A DNA stretch of 63,956 nucleotides, the filler included, from Sphacelaria rigidula (taxonomy: Eukaryota): assembly GCA_964200075.2 (NCBI GenBank). It is 6 parts of 6 records of this genome, joined end to end, with 100 filler letters (N's around TTAATTAATTAA, not from the genome) between each part and the next. Parts side by side here need not be neighbours in the genome. Positions count along the whole stretch, not along the records: positions 1 to 10,578 come from CAXNAA020006252.1; positions 10,679 to 21,255 come from CAXNAA020006253.1; 4 more parts are not named here. One strand, 5' to 3'. The translations under genes were made by a program, and so were the position numbers. Of this stretch, positions 1-12,710 are shown piece after piece (position 1 is the stretch's first letter; every line of letters begins with the position of its first letter). The notes under the pieces are model-generated. The model saw nothing but the letters and a program-made list of their open reading frames with translations, searched no databases and had not been told where the DNA came from.

Positions 1-1140
1 GATTTTAATCCTCCGGGTTCTCATCCTCAATGAAAAGCACCATCCTCAACATAGATGATCGGCTGTTAATAGGTCATCAGTTGAGTCAGCATCAACTTCA
101 CTTGAAAAACTCCTGCATGACCAGATAACCTACCCTGGCCGTCGAACGGTTAAGACGGGACCTACGGGCCTTTCGAAACGACGGGGGAAGAGTGACGCTC
201 CCTTCCCCCCCCCCCCTTACGAAATTTTCCGATTCCGACTACTTTCCATGATCGCATTCCGAAGAAAAAAATATCGTGATCATGAATAGGTCGTTTTGCC
301 GTTTCTCCGGTCGGAAAATGAAATGACGGCCGACGGAAATTCTCCTAGAGTCAAGAGCATCTCACCCTTGAACACTGCAGTGTGCCGTAAGAGGCGGTCT
401 AAGAAACGTTGTGGCACACTGTAGTGATACAAAAGGACAAGAACCAGGCTTCTAGTGTAAGGTAACGTGAAAACTGGGGCGCGGTAGAGCCGGCGGACTA
501 AACAAGTGAAAGTGGCGAAGTTCCATACCTTCACTCTTCATTGATACACCTCCAAGAAGGGGCTCTGCCAACCTAATGCAACACATGAAATCCATTCTGC
601 CCTGCCACATATCGTTTCAAGTACATGGCTCGTGAAGGCTGACGTCATTCAAGGAGGAAGTGAGTCGATTGTACAGGCGTGGCTTTATATTTCTGGACCG
701 TGGCTGGTGTCAACAACGATTGCCAGACCTCACGCTTAGTGAATGCTTAGGCCGAGATGATGACCTTGCTCTCTCGAGAGCACTCTCGCCAGCAGATGCC
801 GTTTGAGGACGAGTTAGATTTTGTTGTGATCCACATTAGGGCCACAGGAATCGCAAGATGGATTACCTTCAGAGCGGTTTTATCGTTGGCTACAGCTCCT
901 GAGAGTGTGCTCACGGGGTAGTTGTGGTGGGAGCGCTTCACGGAACACTTCAAATGGTGGTGTGTTCGTGTTCCCTGTATTATGGATGCTCCTTCGCTGA
1001 AAGCTAGAACCCCCACGCGTTCTGGAGTTGGAGGTTTCCGTTACTCATCTGGGTGCTATTTTACTGTATTTTTAGTTCTTAACGCAACCTGCTGGTGCTG
1101 CAATCGAACAGGATACAGCGATTACTGGTGTCAACCCTAG

Positions 1141-4100
1141 GGGCTTATTTGGCTCCGGAGACGAAGAAGATGTGCAATTCCTGGACGCAGTGAAGGGGCT
1201 AGTGGATGGTGCCGTCAAGCTAGCAGGCGCAGAGAGAGGGTTTGGAGCAAGAATAATGAGCGGCCTTTTCCGGAAGACTGGTTTCGTTGATGTGAGCTCT
1301 CCAGTAAAATTTTCAATTTTGCAGTTCTGTCATGATCCACAGCTTTTTGATGTGTTTCGAGATTTCGACCTTGCGAAATTCTCTTGCACGTGCTGGCGAA
1401 GGATAAGCCCGTGTAGCTACGGACTTGCGGTAATGGACGTCCGAAACCGTTTGGGTTGGCTTCTGCCCAATTCTTCATGTTGCAGGTGTCAAATTCAAGC
1501 CTATTATTTCCGTTTTGCAGTTTTTTGCTTCGCGTACACGTACGTCGTAACCGCGGCTGGATTCCTCGAGGATCATTTCACGTGTGACAATCTTTGCGCC
1601 CAAAACATCACCGCCCTTTGACATGAAAAATGAGAGCACAGGAAGTGTCTGCAACCTTTGCGATTGTTTATGGGTAGCTTTGACTTGGCACTGTCAGTAG
1701 CTTGATCGTGCGCCCTCTCTCTCTCTCCCTCATCCAATCGAACACGCCGTTTGGGAACGATCGCAGTCGTTCGTGGACTCGATCGTGTCCTTCGTGAATC
1801 GACGTCTGCAAAGCCTGACGGAGGCCTTGGCCCCCAAAGATGTAGCTGTAGCGGTGGCGGCTCGCTTGAGAAACCACGTGGAAGCCCACGACAAAACCAC
1901 CGAGGCCCTAGGCATCAAAGCAGGTCGACGGCACCACGCAAAGACCAAGCACCGGCAGAGTGACACAGATTCTCAAGATGCAGGGAAGGACGCGCATGTT
2001 GGTGGTGAAGCTGACCAAGATGGGGAGGAGGAGGACGAAGTGCAGGTGAAGGCCCTTCATCAGCTTGGTGTTGTTTTGCAATTGTAGTCGTGCGTGTATT
2101 ATTCTCCCTTTTTTCTTCCTCGCGATGGGTAGCGTGTGGGGGCTCAATTTATCTTTCCCCTGGTACTTTCCTTGACCTTCGTTTTCAAGTTGATCGATTG
2201 GTGATATGTGTACGTTTGATTCATCGTCGCATATTGAACTTTTGAGCCTGCACATCCTCATCGTATCGACATTTCAGTGATGTTTGTGGTAAACCCTAAA
2301 CCTCTCGTTATCATGCTTCTGGACGGCGTGAATCACAATGACACACTGCGGTAGGAATTCCAACCAACAAGATCCTTCCAAACCAGTGGCAATACGCCGG
2401 TTTGACCAACGGGACGCGATGGCAAACACTACATACAAGATGATGAAGCAGTAACAAAAACATGATTTTTCGTAGCTGGCAGCAAGGCAAGGAACGATTG
2501 AGTCATCAACGGTATCATCAACAGAGGCAGCGACGACGTGGCTTGTCGGCGGTCGTCCAGCACCGGTGGCTTCCGTCCTAAGAACACTTTGCGCGGTTTT
2601 CTGGTGGAGTATATATATACGTATTGTTCGACTGAGCGTGGAACATTAACACATGAACTACTGCATCCTGTTCGCTATCCACAAGGTCGTGCGTCTATGG
2701 CGACAGTGGAAACGATCCGGCGGCTTCTGGCCTGAGCAATTGCCTGACCCTGAACACCCTGCCTTCGATGGAGAAGACGAAGACGGGACGAGGGAATTCC
2801 TGTAAGGATTGAACTCGAATAGCAACTACAAATGTAGCAAGATAACAACCAGGCACTTGTTTTCCCGCCTTGGTACAACTCAATCCACTTTGAACCACCT
2901 GCAACAGAAAATATTAGTATGATATTGAGGTACACGTGTCCGAGTAATATGCACGGTGGCGGCTCGGTATATCAACTCGTTTTGCTGTGGTTTGTCAAAG
3001 TTTGGCATAGTTGGACACGCTTCCCGCACCTTTTGTGCGTGCTCGTCTTTTGTATATCAGGATTGCCTCGCGTTTTCGTCATTTTCAAATCCGGAGCTTG
3101 TTTCGTTCACTCTATTGGGCAAATGCCAAGAAACGAAAACAATTTCTCTCGATGCCGATCATGCGGTCGCAGCGATTCGACCTACTGTGTATATTATTGT
3201 CCAACGAACAGCCCAAACTGCCGTGCCAGCTGTTGCCCTGTGGCAAGTCAGCTGTTGTGTGGTGATTTATGCCGTGCTGTCGTGTCCCTTCCCTGTTCAA
3301 TTCCAAACTGATCAGGTCTCAGCTAGACGATGGTGTGGATAGTTTTCTTCTGGACTTGGCAAAGCATGTACTGCACACCGCGCTACCAGAAGATGCCGAC
3401 GAGCTCAACGAGGCGGTGGGAGCAACAACCACAAGTGCACAACGCGGCCCAACTTCCCGTGGCTTGGGGGACCAGGACATCGGAAAGGCCGCTGCTGACA
3501 CGGCCAAACGATTATCACAGCTGAAGAGTTCTGTGCTTGAGCCCATGCTCGTTCAGATATTGCGAGAGCAAGTCATCAGGTACGCGGACCGACAGGCAGT
3601 CTGCTTGGGTGGTTTTGATGCATGTGGCGACCTCCTTTGCGTTGTGGAGCTTGTCACAACGGTGACGCGCCGTTTGGCTGTCTCCCTGGCGAAAGTTGCG
3701 CGTCAAAACTGTGGAGTATCTGGTGATGCATCAATATGAACATCGATGACGCGATTGGGCTTGTTGGTTGCCCAAATGAGCGTTGGTGTAACGGTCACGT
3801 GGTGCAAAAACCTCGGCTTCCACCAGTTTTGAGAGCATGTGTTGTAGCACATTGCGTGTACGAGGGTTGCATTGCACAACCCCAGATGTGTCGGTTCGGC
3901 GTGTCACCCCAATCACGCTCACCGCCATCCTTGTGCAGCTCCAACAATCCTGCCTTTACGTGACTGTGGCTCGCACGTGTTGATTTAGTGGGCGTTCTGA
4001 GCTCGCCTCTAGGCTTGCGATAACCGCGTGGCGAATGTGTACGGTAGACTAGCACGTGAGGAACCAAAGCCATATAATGAACGGAGCTCGGCCTACCAGC

Positions 4101-7100
4101 TCGACTAGTGATGTGGTCGTTGCTCGCTGCCCGATGCATATCTCACGTGACCTCCTGGTGGCCAGGCTTTTCTGTGAGTCTTCCAAGGCGTGGCAGCTGT
4201 TGCTGAAACTTTGGTGCCCCAGTGCGGAGCTTGAGTCTATGGACCACGGTCTAGACCAGCCTGAGGTGATGATTCTGTACCCTGCGCTTCACGCGTTTTT
4301 TGGGTTGGTAGCATGAGATGCCTGCTCCAACCGTAGTTTCCGGAGTAGGTTGCTGGTACGATACATGTATGGTGAATGAGGTACGGAGCTATAGGGCACG
4401 AGGTAACGTCTTGCACACACTCGATTCTTCACGTCGTCAACAAAGGAGAGTAGTTCAAAAGACCCAGGTCCTCACAACAGCTTCCAACTCCGCTCTCTCC
4501 AGACACCGTTCGACAGCGGGCGCCGACAAACATGGGCATCACTACTTGCACTCCCCAACGCTTGCTCCATTTGCGCTTTCGGTTGAATCTGCGCATCCCA
4601 CTACTGGATCAGGCATTCTCCTTGATGGCGGGGACACTGATGCAGCTAGAGGGGGGCAAAGGGGGTAGTTTGCGGATGACGCTATTGCAAGGGCTCGTGA
4701 AGATGACCTGGAGTGGCTCTAGTCGGGAGGAGCAAGGGGCGTCTTCTCGAGGTCTTCCGCCTGCCCTCGGCCAGACTGACTCCGGAGCCAAGTCTGCACG
4801 TCCGGGTGCGTTCTTTGATACCATAAATAACTGTTGTAGTTATTTTGTACGCACATTTTGTGTTGATCTATGTGAGGCATGAGAAATTTCATCTGCATGC
4901 CGCCTACAACGTACGGAGTATCGACCCCGAGTTGAATGAATTGTGCGAAGCGAAATGTTCCGGCTGTCAGAACCTTGATGCGTAAATGTATGTTGTCAGT
5001 GGTTCGCCCTCGTTTCTGCTTTCTTCGTAGCCGAACTAGTACGGCAGCAGTACCTTGTTTTTTTTTTTCCGCTGGTGGAAGAGAAGAGCAATCGCCAACT
5101 TTTAGTCGCGTGCATTCGTCTTGCTATTGCCGTACCGCGCTTCTGCTGCTCAGCGTTTCTGTCCGACGGCAGCCAGCATTCGCTCCTTTCCAGGGAAGAT
5201 AGGTCTGGAAGCTTTGAGAGCGGAGCGGATTGGTCTGAAGTAGGCAGCGAATTCGGGGGAGGAGACGCGTCCCCTCGTAGTGGGGCGGGAAGTATGTTTG
5301 GCGCATCTGATGCCTCCTTGCCGAGGTCTTTGGCCAGTCCCATCACCAGTCAAGGGGGGGTTGGCAGTGTCCCAGAGGGCGCTCGGGATATCTTCAGCAT
5401 GCCATACACGGAGCAGGTGGGTGTTGTGTTGCTTGCGGAAGGTACGTGTTGGTGTTAGACATATGTCTTTTGGTCTTGACAGTGTGTGTGGGAGTGGAGA
5501 CGGCAATCCGTGATCCGATTTTATTTGCGGATTTCGCCGCTTTTCGAGGCCGTCTGTCCCTCACACACCTATCACATCACATGCTCCCCGAGATGCAGCG
5601 GTACACTACAGTAACAGTAACAGTAACAGCACACTACTTCCTTCCAGCTTGTACCTCGTATCGCGACGAGGTCGCGTCTGAGATGGATGTCAACATGACT
5701 AGGGTGGTGAGACAGAGCTCTCACGGTCAGAGCTCGGACGAAAGCGAAGCCGAGGTAAAGTTGGTTTCATGGCACGAGCCACAGCAACCCGAAGAAGCAC
5801 CCAGGGGCTATCCCTACTACCACCACGGCCCCCGGTGCTGTTCGGTGGGATATCTTCGAGACGAGTAAGGTAGGCGACAAACAACTGGCCTTTCGCAAAG
5901 TGGATAACTGCAAGAGAAATCACGGCTACAAGTGGGGAATACGTACAATTCGGTTGCCCACGTGGTGTCTCACCACTCTGAGACATGGACGAGAAAGCTG
6001 CACGCACGGGGTAGACGCCGAGGGCGAGAATAAGTCGAAGAACCCCAGCGCAACGTACTTGACCGATGCCTGTTTTCAGCACGGACATCTCAACGCATGA
6101 AACCGGGCCAAAGCAAGTCGACATTGACAAGATACGACCGGAGCAAAAGGCAGGGCTAAGATATCTGGCGTTGGAGCCTCTCCTTGGTCAGGACCGCAAT
6201 CCCTGGAGTGGTGGCGAGTGCGCGCCCACATGTGCCCGCTGATGGCCTCCCCCGCTCGCGGTGGCCTGGCCGTGCCGGCATCGTTAGCTCCGTCGGAGCA
6301 CATGTTCTCGTATAGTAGTCTCATCACGTCCCAACGCAGAAACAAGCCCAAATCCAAACACCTGGAGACACGCGTACGCTTCTTGATGGCTCTTGGGCAC
6401 AGGTAGAGCTGTTGCTTGGGCTAAGATCGGGTAAATGATGCTACAAATATCTGATACGTGGGCATAACGGGAGAGTAAAACTAGCAGCTGTAGTAGTAGT
6501 CGAACCGAACTCGTGGCGCCTACGTGCCCAACAGCAAATTCTGATGTGCTACTTTGGAGTTGTGTTTTGTGTTTTTTTCCGACCGCACGTCGTCAAAACG
6601 TGGGCGCGAACGATTCGAGGAAGTGGGACTGTGCCTTGGCCCATGTCTTTGAGCTTCGTATGGTGGTAATACAACATTAAGGTCTATCGTTGTCGTCGTG
6701 TGGTTGTTGTCATGGGGGTACGGGACAGTAGTTTCAGCGATTCGCCGCCTATATGCCGGTACGCAATGTACGATAGTACTCATTTGCCAGACAGTGGGTC
6801 ATCACGACTTCTCGTACAGTATGTATACTTATCCGCAAACCTTTACTCCGTCAAAATACGTCAATCCGCCGACAATAATGGAAATCCGTCTGGAAAGAGT
6901 ACGATGAATTCCTTCGGATATTCGGATATCGGCCGGAGTTTTCATTCGGCGGATTTGACCCGGATCATGTCCCCAAATACGTTATTTCGGTCCGTCGACT
7001 ATTTTGGTCACAGAGAGCATTTCTACTAGATCTCATCCCAGCTGTCCTCGTTTTTCTCAACACCGTGACATCGTAGAAACGCAGTTTTGTTTTCTGTTCC

Positions 7101-9086
7101 CATGCGCGGTGACTTGTGCAGCTATCGAGAGGCTTGGTCGGCGACAAGGGGGAAAAGTTCGTGGATGAGGTAGAGGTAAGTGCCCATTCCATCCTTAACT
7201 AGGCTTTCTTCTCTCGCGAGCACCCTGTGATCCCCGTAGCGGCGCTGTTTTCCCTGATTGTTGCCAAAGATGCTGTAGTACTACCTGTATATAACCATGC
7301 CTATACTCATATCGCACTCCGTTGACCACAGCCAAATGGTCAGCACACGAGTACTAAGACTTGACGTGCTACGCTGTGCCTTGTCACCGCTGCTGCTCCG
7401 CCTTTCCCTAAAAACGTTACTGTCACTACCGTAGGAGAGAGCCCTGGAGGCATTGAAAAAGGCTTGGGAGGATGAAATGAAACAATTTCCTCTGGCGAAG
7501 TGTTTCTTCCCGACCTCCTGGGTAATGGACCGCGTCAGGGCGGCCAGGGTAAGAGGTGTTCACAAGCGCCGAGATGATGAAGCGTCTAACGATGTTGGCT
7601 TTTTATACTCCATATCTGATGTGTTTTTTATGGTCGGCACACATTTCGAGAAAGTAGAATCTGTCTTATCCATCATCACTTGAACGTTCCCCTTGTGTTC
7701 ACGCTGAAAACTCGACGGAGCAGAGCCAGCGCAACGTTGTATTTTGGCTGATCACACGCTCTTCTCGGCTCCCTTCTGTAGGTTCTGTGGCGCTAAGTTC
7801 GCGTCTTAGCTCCGACACCAATCTCCCTCTTTCTCTCGACCCGTTTCTTTCTTGGCCTTCTCCCCCGCCCACCTTGGACTCGTTGACCAGTCCATGGCGC
7901 GAAGGCCAACAAATTTGATGATCGCCTTGTCCGCTCTAGATGCCGCCAAGGACGTCCTGAGAGGTGCATCAGACAAGCGTCTCGACACCAAAAGAGCCAA
8001 AGCTCGTGCTGCTGCTGCCAGCACCGCCGCTTTCACTGATCGCAGCGGTCCGAAGGAACAGGCCGCGATGGATCGCGGGAATGGTGAGCAGGAGGAGCGA
8101 AACGGAGAGCCCGATTCGCGCGAGGTCGAGGAGGATATGCCGAGACGCGGACTTCTCAATTGCCCTAGAACCGAGGCCGGCAAGCGGGATACCCCTGGGT
8201 GGCGAGCTTGGGAGGCGCGGTAAGCAGCACGAACAAATGTAGTACACGGCCCTTTACTTGTACTGGCGTGGTAGACTTGTTTTTACAATGAAGAGTGTAA
8301 TGGTCGAGGACGGTATCGGACGAAAACCTAGATCTTGTATTTCTGATCATGTTCGCTGAGTTCGGGACTGGCCATGCAAGTCCCACGAAACCGCCCCCGC
8401 GCGGGCAGCTACGTGGCAATATCACTAAGGGTGCGGCACTGAGCTTGTCTCACAAATCCCACATGGTCCTCCTTTGTGAGTAGGAGCCACTCTGTATCGC
8501 TCATCGTAGCTAGTGTCGTGTGTAACCTCCAGAGAGGCTATCGTCTGAGCTCCACACAACACGGGAGCACGTTGTGTGCAGTGTTGAATATATACGAAGA
8601 CATCCCACATGTCCTGTTTGAGTCGTTTTTTGAGTTAGCTAGCCGGAACTGCCGTTCTTGCTTTGGTCGCATCGCATCGCATGGTATCGTATCCTATCAT
8701 ATCGTCAAATCTGACACACATTTTGGCTGGCCATCGATTTCTCCTCTGTTCTTTAGTCATGAGTGCCGAAGTGCCCCGTACCCTACAACTGCCACTTGGG
8801 ATATATGCAAGAACGCATGGCCTCCACACGCGAAACATTCGCGTGTTTTCGCATCTGCAATATCACGCGATTGCTTGGGCCATCTTACTCATCAAATATA
8901 CTCCTTGTGCTCCAGGAGAGAATGGTTCTTCAGCGCTGACGTGTCGAAAGTGGGGCTTCACTTCGGACGATCCCTGCTTGGCGAAGAGACCATGATGCTC
9001 GCAAACGTCCTTCTCAAGAGCATCAGCATGGAGTACCAGTCTGTGGAGGCCATCGTTCGAAAACAGTGCCGGATGGCCATGCAAAA
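1141..9086 (+). CDS. Partial multi-exon gene, unknown protein. Predicted exons 1141-1291, 1767-2045, 2686-2801, 3316-3579, 4166-4265, 4613-4805, 5194-5416, 7122-7175, 7435-7548, 7891-8219, 8916-9086
   Basis: Stop-free exons bounded by AG/GT, with compatible phases at all junctions except 4805->5194, which needs a micro-exon (candidate 5031-5049) or a frameshift. Example translations: GLFGSGDEEDVQFLDAVKGL, SQLDDGVDSFLLDLAKHVL, ERALEALKKAWEDEMKQFPLAK. No domain recognised. Confidence 0.6.
5490..7030 (+). mobile_element. Internally deleted hAT transposon remnant (BED finger + hAT dimerisation domain), intronic; ends approximate
   Basis: 5846-5980 reads WDIFETSKVGDKQLAF(R)KVDNCKRNHGYKW, then after a frameshift GNTYNSVAHVVSHH (degenerate BED Zn finger). 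6200-6406 reads LEWWRVRAHMCPLMASPARGGLAVPASLAPSEHMFSYSSLITSQRRNKPKSKHLE (hAT C-terminal dimerisation motif). ATCCG/CGGAT subterminal repeats at about 5505-5535 and 6830-6965. No DDE core between the two domains. Confidence 0.75.
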
Positions 9087-9257
9087 GTGAGGAACATATT
9101 GTCTATGTGGGATATGACTTGATGGGTAGCACCTGCGGCACGTCTCCCATAAATTGGCGTGCCAGGGTGAATGCCGACGTGTGTTGATCGTCCGGTGTCG
9201 TCTTTTTGTGTTGTACAATGCCTGCACACATATCAGCGGGACACTTGAAAACTATCA

Positions 9258-9435
9258 CGGTTAGGACAAATCATCATGACTCGAAATCACCAAATTCACG
9301 ATTTCTTCGGCCTGATTGCCCAAAAGGNNNNNNNNNNACCGCTGAAATAATGCCTAGGGATTGATTCATCACGAGTCGACTCATCATACTAAAACCAAGT
9401 AATTTTCGGACGAATCATTATATGTCCGACCCTTG
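9258..9435. repeat. MITE-like dispersed repeat (second copy about 57512-57768), spanning the 10-N gap at 9328-9337
   Basis: GGACAAATCATCA..CACGATTTCTTCGGCCTGATT and GACGAATCATT..TGTCCGACCCTTG are shared with 57519-57768. That copy has imperfect terminal inverted repeats GGACAAATCA/TGATTTGTCC. Confidence 0.7.
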
Positions 9436-9631
9436 AAAACTATCGAAGCAACTCCCGTTTCACCAATATGGGCGGATCAATTCCTCACGCACGGCAAGCA
9501 AGATGCCGCGTGTGATACCCCGGCAATGAAAGGGTGATATATATCTTGATTCTTGCCCCCCTTTCCGCTTCGCCTTGTCCGGCGAAAACCCGGCGTGCTC
9601 CGTCCCGGCTTTGTAGGAACGGACCCCCTAC

Positions 9632-10132
9632 GGGTTGGCGTCGGTTGGCAGTAACACTGTAACACAAGTCACTCACTGCGTAAACTAGGCAACCAGGTTA
9701 CCGATTGTTTCTTGCGTGCTTATGTTGTTTTGCGGTAACCATGATGGAGATCGAGCTAGATCGTATCGTGCGGGGTGAGAGAACCTCAATTCCGCGGAAA
9801 GGGGATGGCCATACTACGTAGTGTTTAAATGATGAGACACCCATGAGGCAGTGTGGAACCCGCGGCTTGTCTCTGGAAGTGGCGAAACAAAAAAATGAAG
9901 GAACTCATTGGGGGCTGTCAAATACGAGATAATCAGTACGCTTCGGGCCAAACAATCTTCGCAGGATGCAGCCTCACCCTTCACGCGACTTGCCGAACAC
10001 ATCACGGCGCATCGTGCTTGGTGATTGTTTCCGAGCCTGGCCCGGCGAAAACCCGTCGTGCTCCGTCCCGGCTCTGTAGGGATGCGAGGTCAATGTTCCA
10101 TGACTACGGCGTGCTAGATCATGAGTACACGC
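9632..10132 (+). repeat. About 500-bp dispersed repeat (other copies about 23008-23497 and 29880-30230) ending in the type-B poly-C/G terminus
   Basis: GGGTTGGCGTCGGTTGGCAG..CTCACTGCGTAA.CTAGGCAACCAGGTTACCG..AACCTCAATTCC.. is present once in scaffold 1 and twice in scaffold 3. Confidence 0.85.
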
Positions 10133-10506
10133 CTTGTCCGCCCCCCCATCCCATTTTGGCCTTATACATTTATAGCACACGTTGATAATGAATACCGCAA
10201 AAGCATTATGATGACCACTGCACATTGTATTAGCTGTAGGGTTTGTCCAAAGCACACGAATAGATCCGTTAGATGAACTGGTTGTACACCCCCTAGAGCG
10301 CGGCGTGGTGTGGTCTCCAGGGAACTCCAAACCTCAACGATCTCACTAATTTTGCCATTTCCGACGTTCTTTCGATTATCACGACTAGCGGTCAACTTGT
10401 ATTAATATCTAAAAAATTGTGTATGTCCTTGCTCCGCATCTAGTAGCACACTCGCAATACGTGAAAAAACTTCAGATTCCCCCCCCCCCCCTCCCATGCA
10501 CGCCAT

Positions 10507-10578
10507 GCTCCGTCTCGAAAGGGATGCGTGGTCAATGGTCAAATGACTAAGGCAAGCAACAAATGAGTACGCCCCCCC
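10507..10578 (+). repeat. Type-A poly-C/G terminal repeat (also 21190-21255 -, 38060-38135 -, 62253-62331 +)
   Basis: AAGGGATGCGTGGTCAATGGTCAAATGACTAAGGCAAGCAACAAATGAGTACG-(C)n is conserved in four scaffolds. Confidence 0.9.
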
Positions 10579-10678
10579 NNNNNNNNNNNNNNNNNNNNNN
10601 NNNNNNNNNNNNNNNNNNNNNNTTAATTAATTAANNNNNNNNNNNNNNNNNNNNNNNNNNNNNNNNNNNNNNNNNNNN
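10579..10678. other. Artificial scaffold linker N44-TTAATTAATTAA-N44
   Basis: The identical 100-bp linker recurs at 21256-21355, 31932-32031, 42607-42706 and 53282-53381. Confidence 0.98.
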
Positions 10679-10692
10679 CATACATTACGAAG

Positions 10693-10766
10693 AAAAAACC
10701 CCACGCATCGGGAATCGAACCCCCGTTCTCTCCACCCTAATGGCGACAGTCGGGCCATTGCTACTG
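10693..10766 (-). repeat. tRNA-like (Pol III B-box) head, probably a SINE head or tRNA pseudogene
   Basis: Minus strand reads ..GGGGGTTCGATTCCCGATGCGTGGGGTTTTTT (B box/T-arm followed by a T-run). No clean cloverleaf. Confidence 0.45.
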
Positions 10767-11465
10767 TAAGATATATGTACCTGTATCATTTCGCACTTTT
10801 CACAACTTTTGCCGAGTGCTCTCTGGCTGCAAGGCATCTTAGCCCGCGCTTTCTTTTGCAGTGCACGAAGGAGGGTCAGCGGTACATTACATTTCAGGTG
10901 TGCGTGCCATCTGATACTTGTGGCGCGTGTTATTGCCATCGAAAGTCGCCCACACTGGCTCTTTTTCGCGGGGTGTCGATCCCGAACCACAAACACCTTT
11001 CCAAGATCGTGGAAAACTTCAAACAAGAACCACAAAAGCCCGTTCATGGCGGGGTATTTTTTCACCGTGATTTTCGTTGCGTTCTCGATGATTTAGGAAC
11101 ACGAAGACAGTGGTTATGCAGCGAATGTCACGAGAACATGAGAGCAAAGCAGTTGAAAACAGCTGGACATTGCCTTAACTTAGTCAGCATCTGCAGCAAA
11201 CACAAGTCGAATGGAATGAGATCCCTCATCATTTAGTTTTGACGTAAAGCCTCTAACACGGTCATATCTGCGTAATATGGGCCCCAATTATGCGAACGTA
11301 ACAATCCACAAAAAAAGCATTGTGAAGAACACTGAAGAATGTGTAGATTGGTATTAGAGGAAGGGGTCACAGTCACAGCTGCAGCAGGGGAAGTCGCTGA
11401 TGGCCCGGTGTGCATTATTACAGTGGATACCCACGGTGCGTGAAATTTTATTTTTTCAACACCAT

Positions 11466-11530
11466 GAGACCACGGCTGGACCCCTGGGGGGTCAGTTAAA
11501 GTGCGACAATCAATCAATCAAAATCAAATC
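11466..11530 (+). repeat. Retroposon 3' end with (AATC)n tail (second copy 30661-30732, -)
   Basis: GAGACCACGGCTGGACCCCTGGGGGGTCAGTTAAAGTGCGAC followed by CAAT repeats; matches the reverse complement of 30661-30732. Confidence 0.8.
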
Positions 11531-12444
11531 AGCTGTCTGATGACGGCCAGATAGAGTGGGTACAGTGACAGTTGATCAAGCAGGCTGCGACGGATCCTGC
11601 CGGCCTCATCATCAATCTTCGCCCAGTTATGGGCGAACGCCCGCAGAAACCCAGCAAACAAGCATCGTTTATGGTCCGCTATTTATGTGAGGGTTGGGAG
11701 CTGAACATTTCCGCTTCAAAAAATCTCGACAGTCGAAGATTAAGCTCCTGTCGCGCGACCAGTGGTTAGTGCCGCGGACCCTTGCCGGCGTACCTCGCAC
11801 TGGGGGCGACATCCCGGTAGAGACAATCCCATCACTACCGAGACGGCCGTGCACAGACCGGCAGCCGGAATGGCCGTTGCACTGGTGTTCTTCTAGCGTT
11901 AACAACTTAGAGTACGGCCGCACAGGCTTTGCACACGAATATTTCGGTGATTGCTGCCTCACTTCCACTTCGGCCATGTACTGTGGATTATTGGATTATT
12001 TCACGATCTCACCGCCTGATATGTATGAAAATGTATTGCACCCTAGACAAGAGCTTTCTACAGTCAGTACAACATTTAAAAACATGGACTGCGCACAGTA
12101 TAGAAGCTGTTGCCTTCTGCGACGTGCACAATACTCGTACAAAAGGGGGAACTGCGCGCAGTATGACTTCAAGACAGGGCAGGAATTTCCACGCGGTATG
12201 AATTGTTACAGCCGGCTCGCGCGCCATAGTGGCTGTGTTACCATCCGCTCAAGATAAAGGCAGGAATTATAGCGGCAGAGGCAGCCTCTTACTCTTGCGT
12301 GCGCCACCTAGAGCAAACGCACACTTAGCTGCAACACCGACCGCTGTACTAGATGTGGTAGAGCGAGGGGTGGTGAACCACGTACACACAGACAGCAAAC
12401 AATATCATACATGTATACTGTATACAAGTGTGATTTGAAATCCG

Positions 12445-12710
12445 TGCGCGCGGGGTCGGGCCGGCATTTAGAGAACCCTCCACAAGTTCGCCGTGTACTA
12501 ACGGGACGCGACCTTATTTCAGTAGCAATCACTTGCGATGTGTGCTGTGACGGGTCTCGTGCGTGATGGTGTTTTTTCCACCTCCGCACACCGCCCGTGA
12601 AGCGAGCTCTTCATGCTGGAAGTGTCCACCGCTCTTCCCGCCTCTCTTGGCCTGAGACTTTCGAAACTGCGGAATGTGACAGTACGAGTATCTACTGGAA
12701 GGTACATATT
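12445..12710. repeat. Diverged dispersed repeat, inverted copy at about 54070-54345
   Basis: Shared GCGAGCTCTTCATG.TGGAAGT and flanks; both copies give the peptide HEELASRAVCG in the ORF track. Confidence 0.75.

Noticed and set aside
2355-2610. Exon-like stretch with three in-frame TGA codons (2403, 2463, 2499), suggesting selenocysteine or readthrough
   Set aside because: The gene model stays in phase by splicing 2045->2686. No SECIS is evident, so the stretch is more simply intronic or a dead exon.
10623-10634. TTAATTAATTAA recurring about every 10.68 kb as a biological periodic motif
   Set aside because: It is always centred in exactly 44+44 Ns, so it is an assembly linker.
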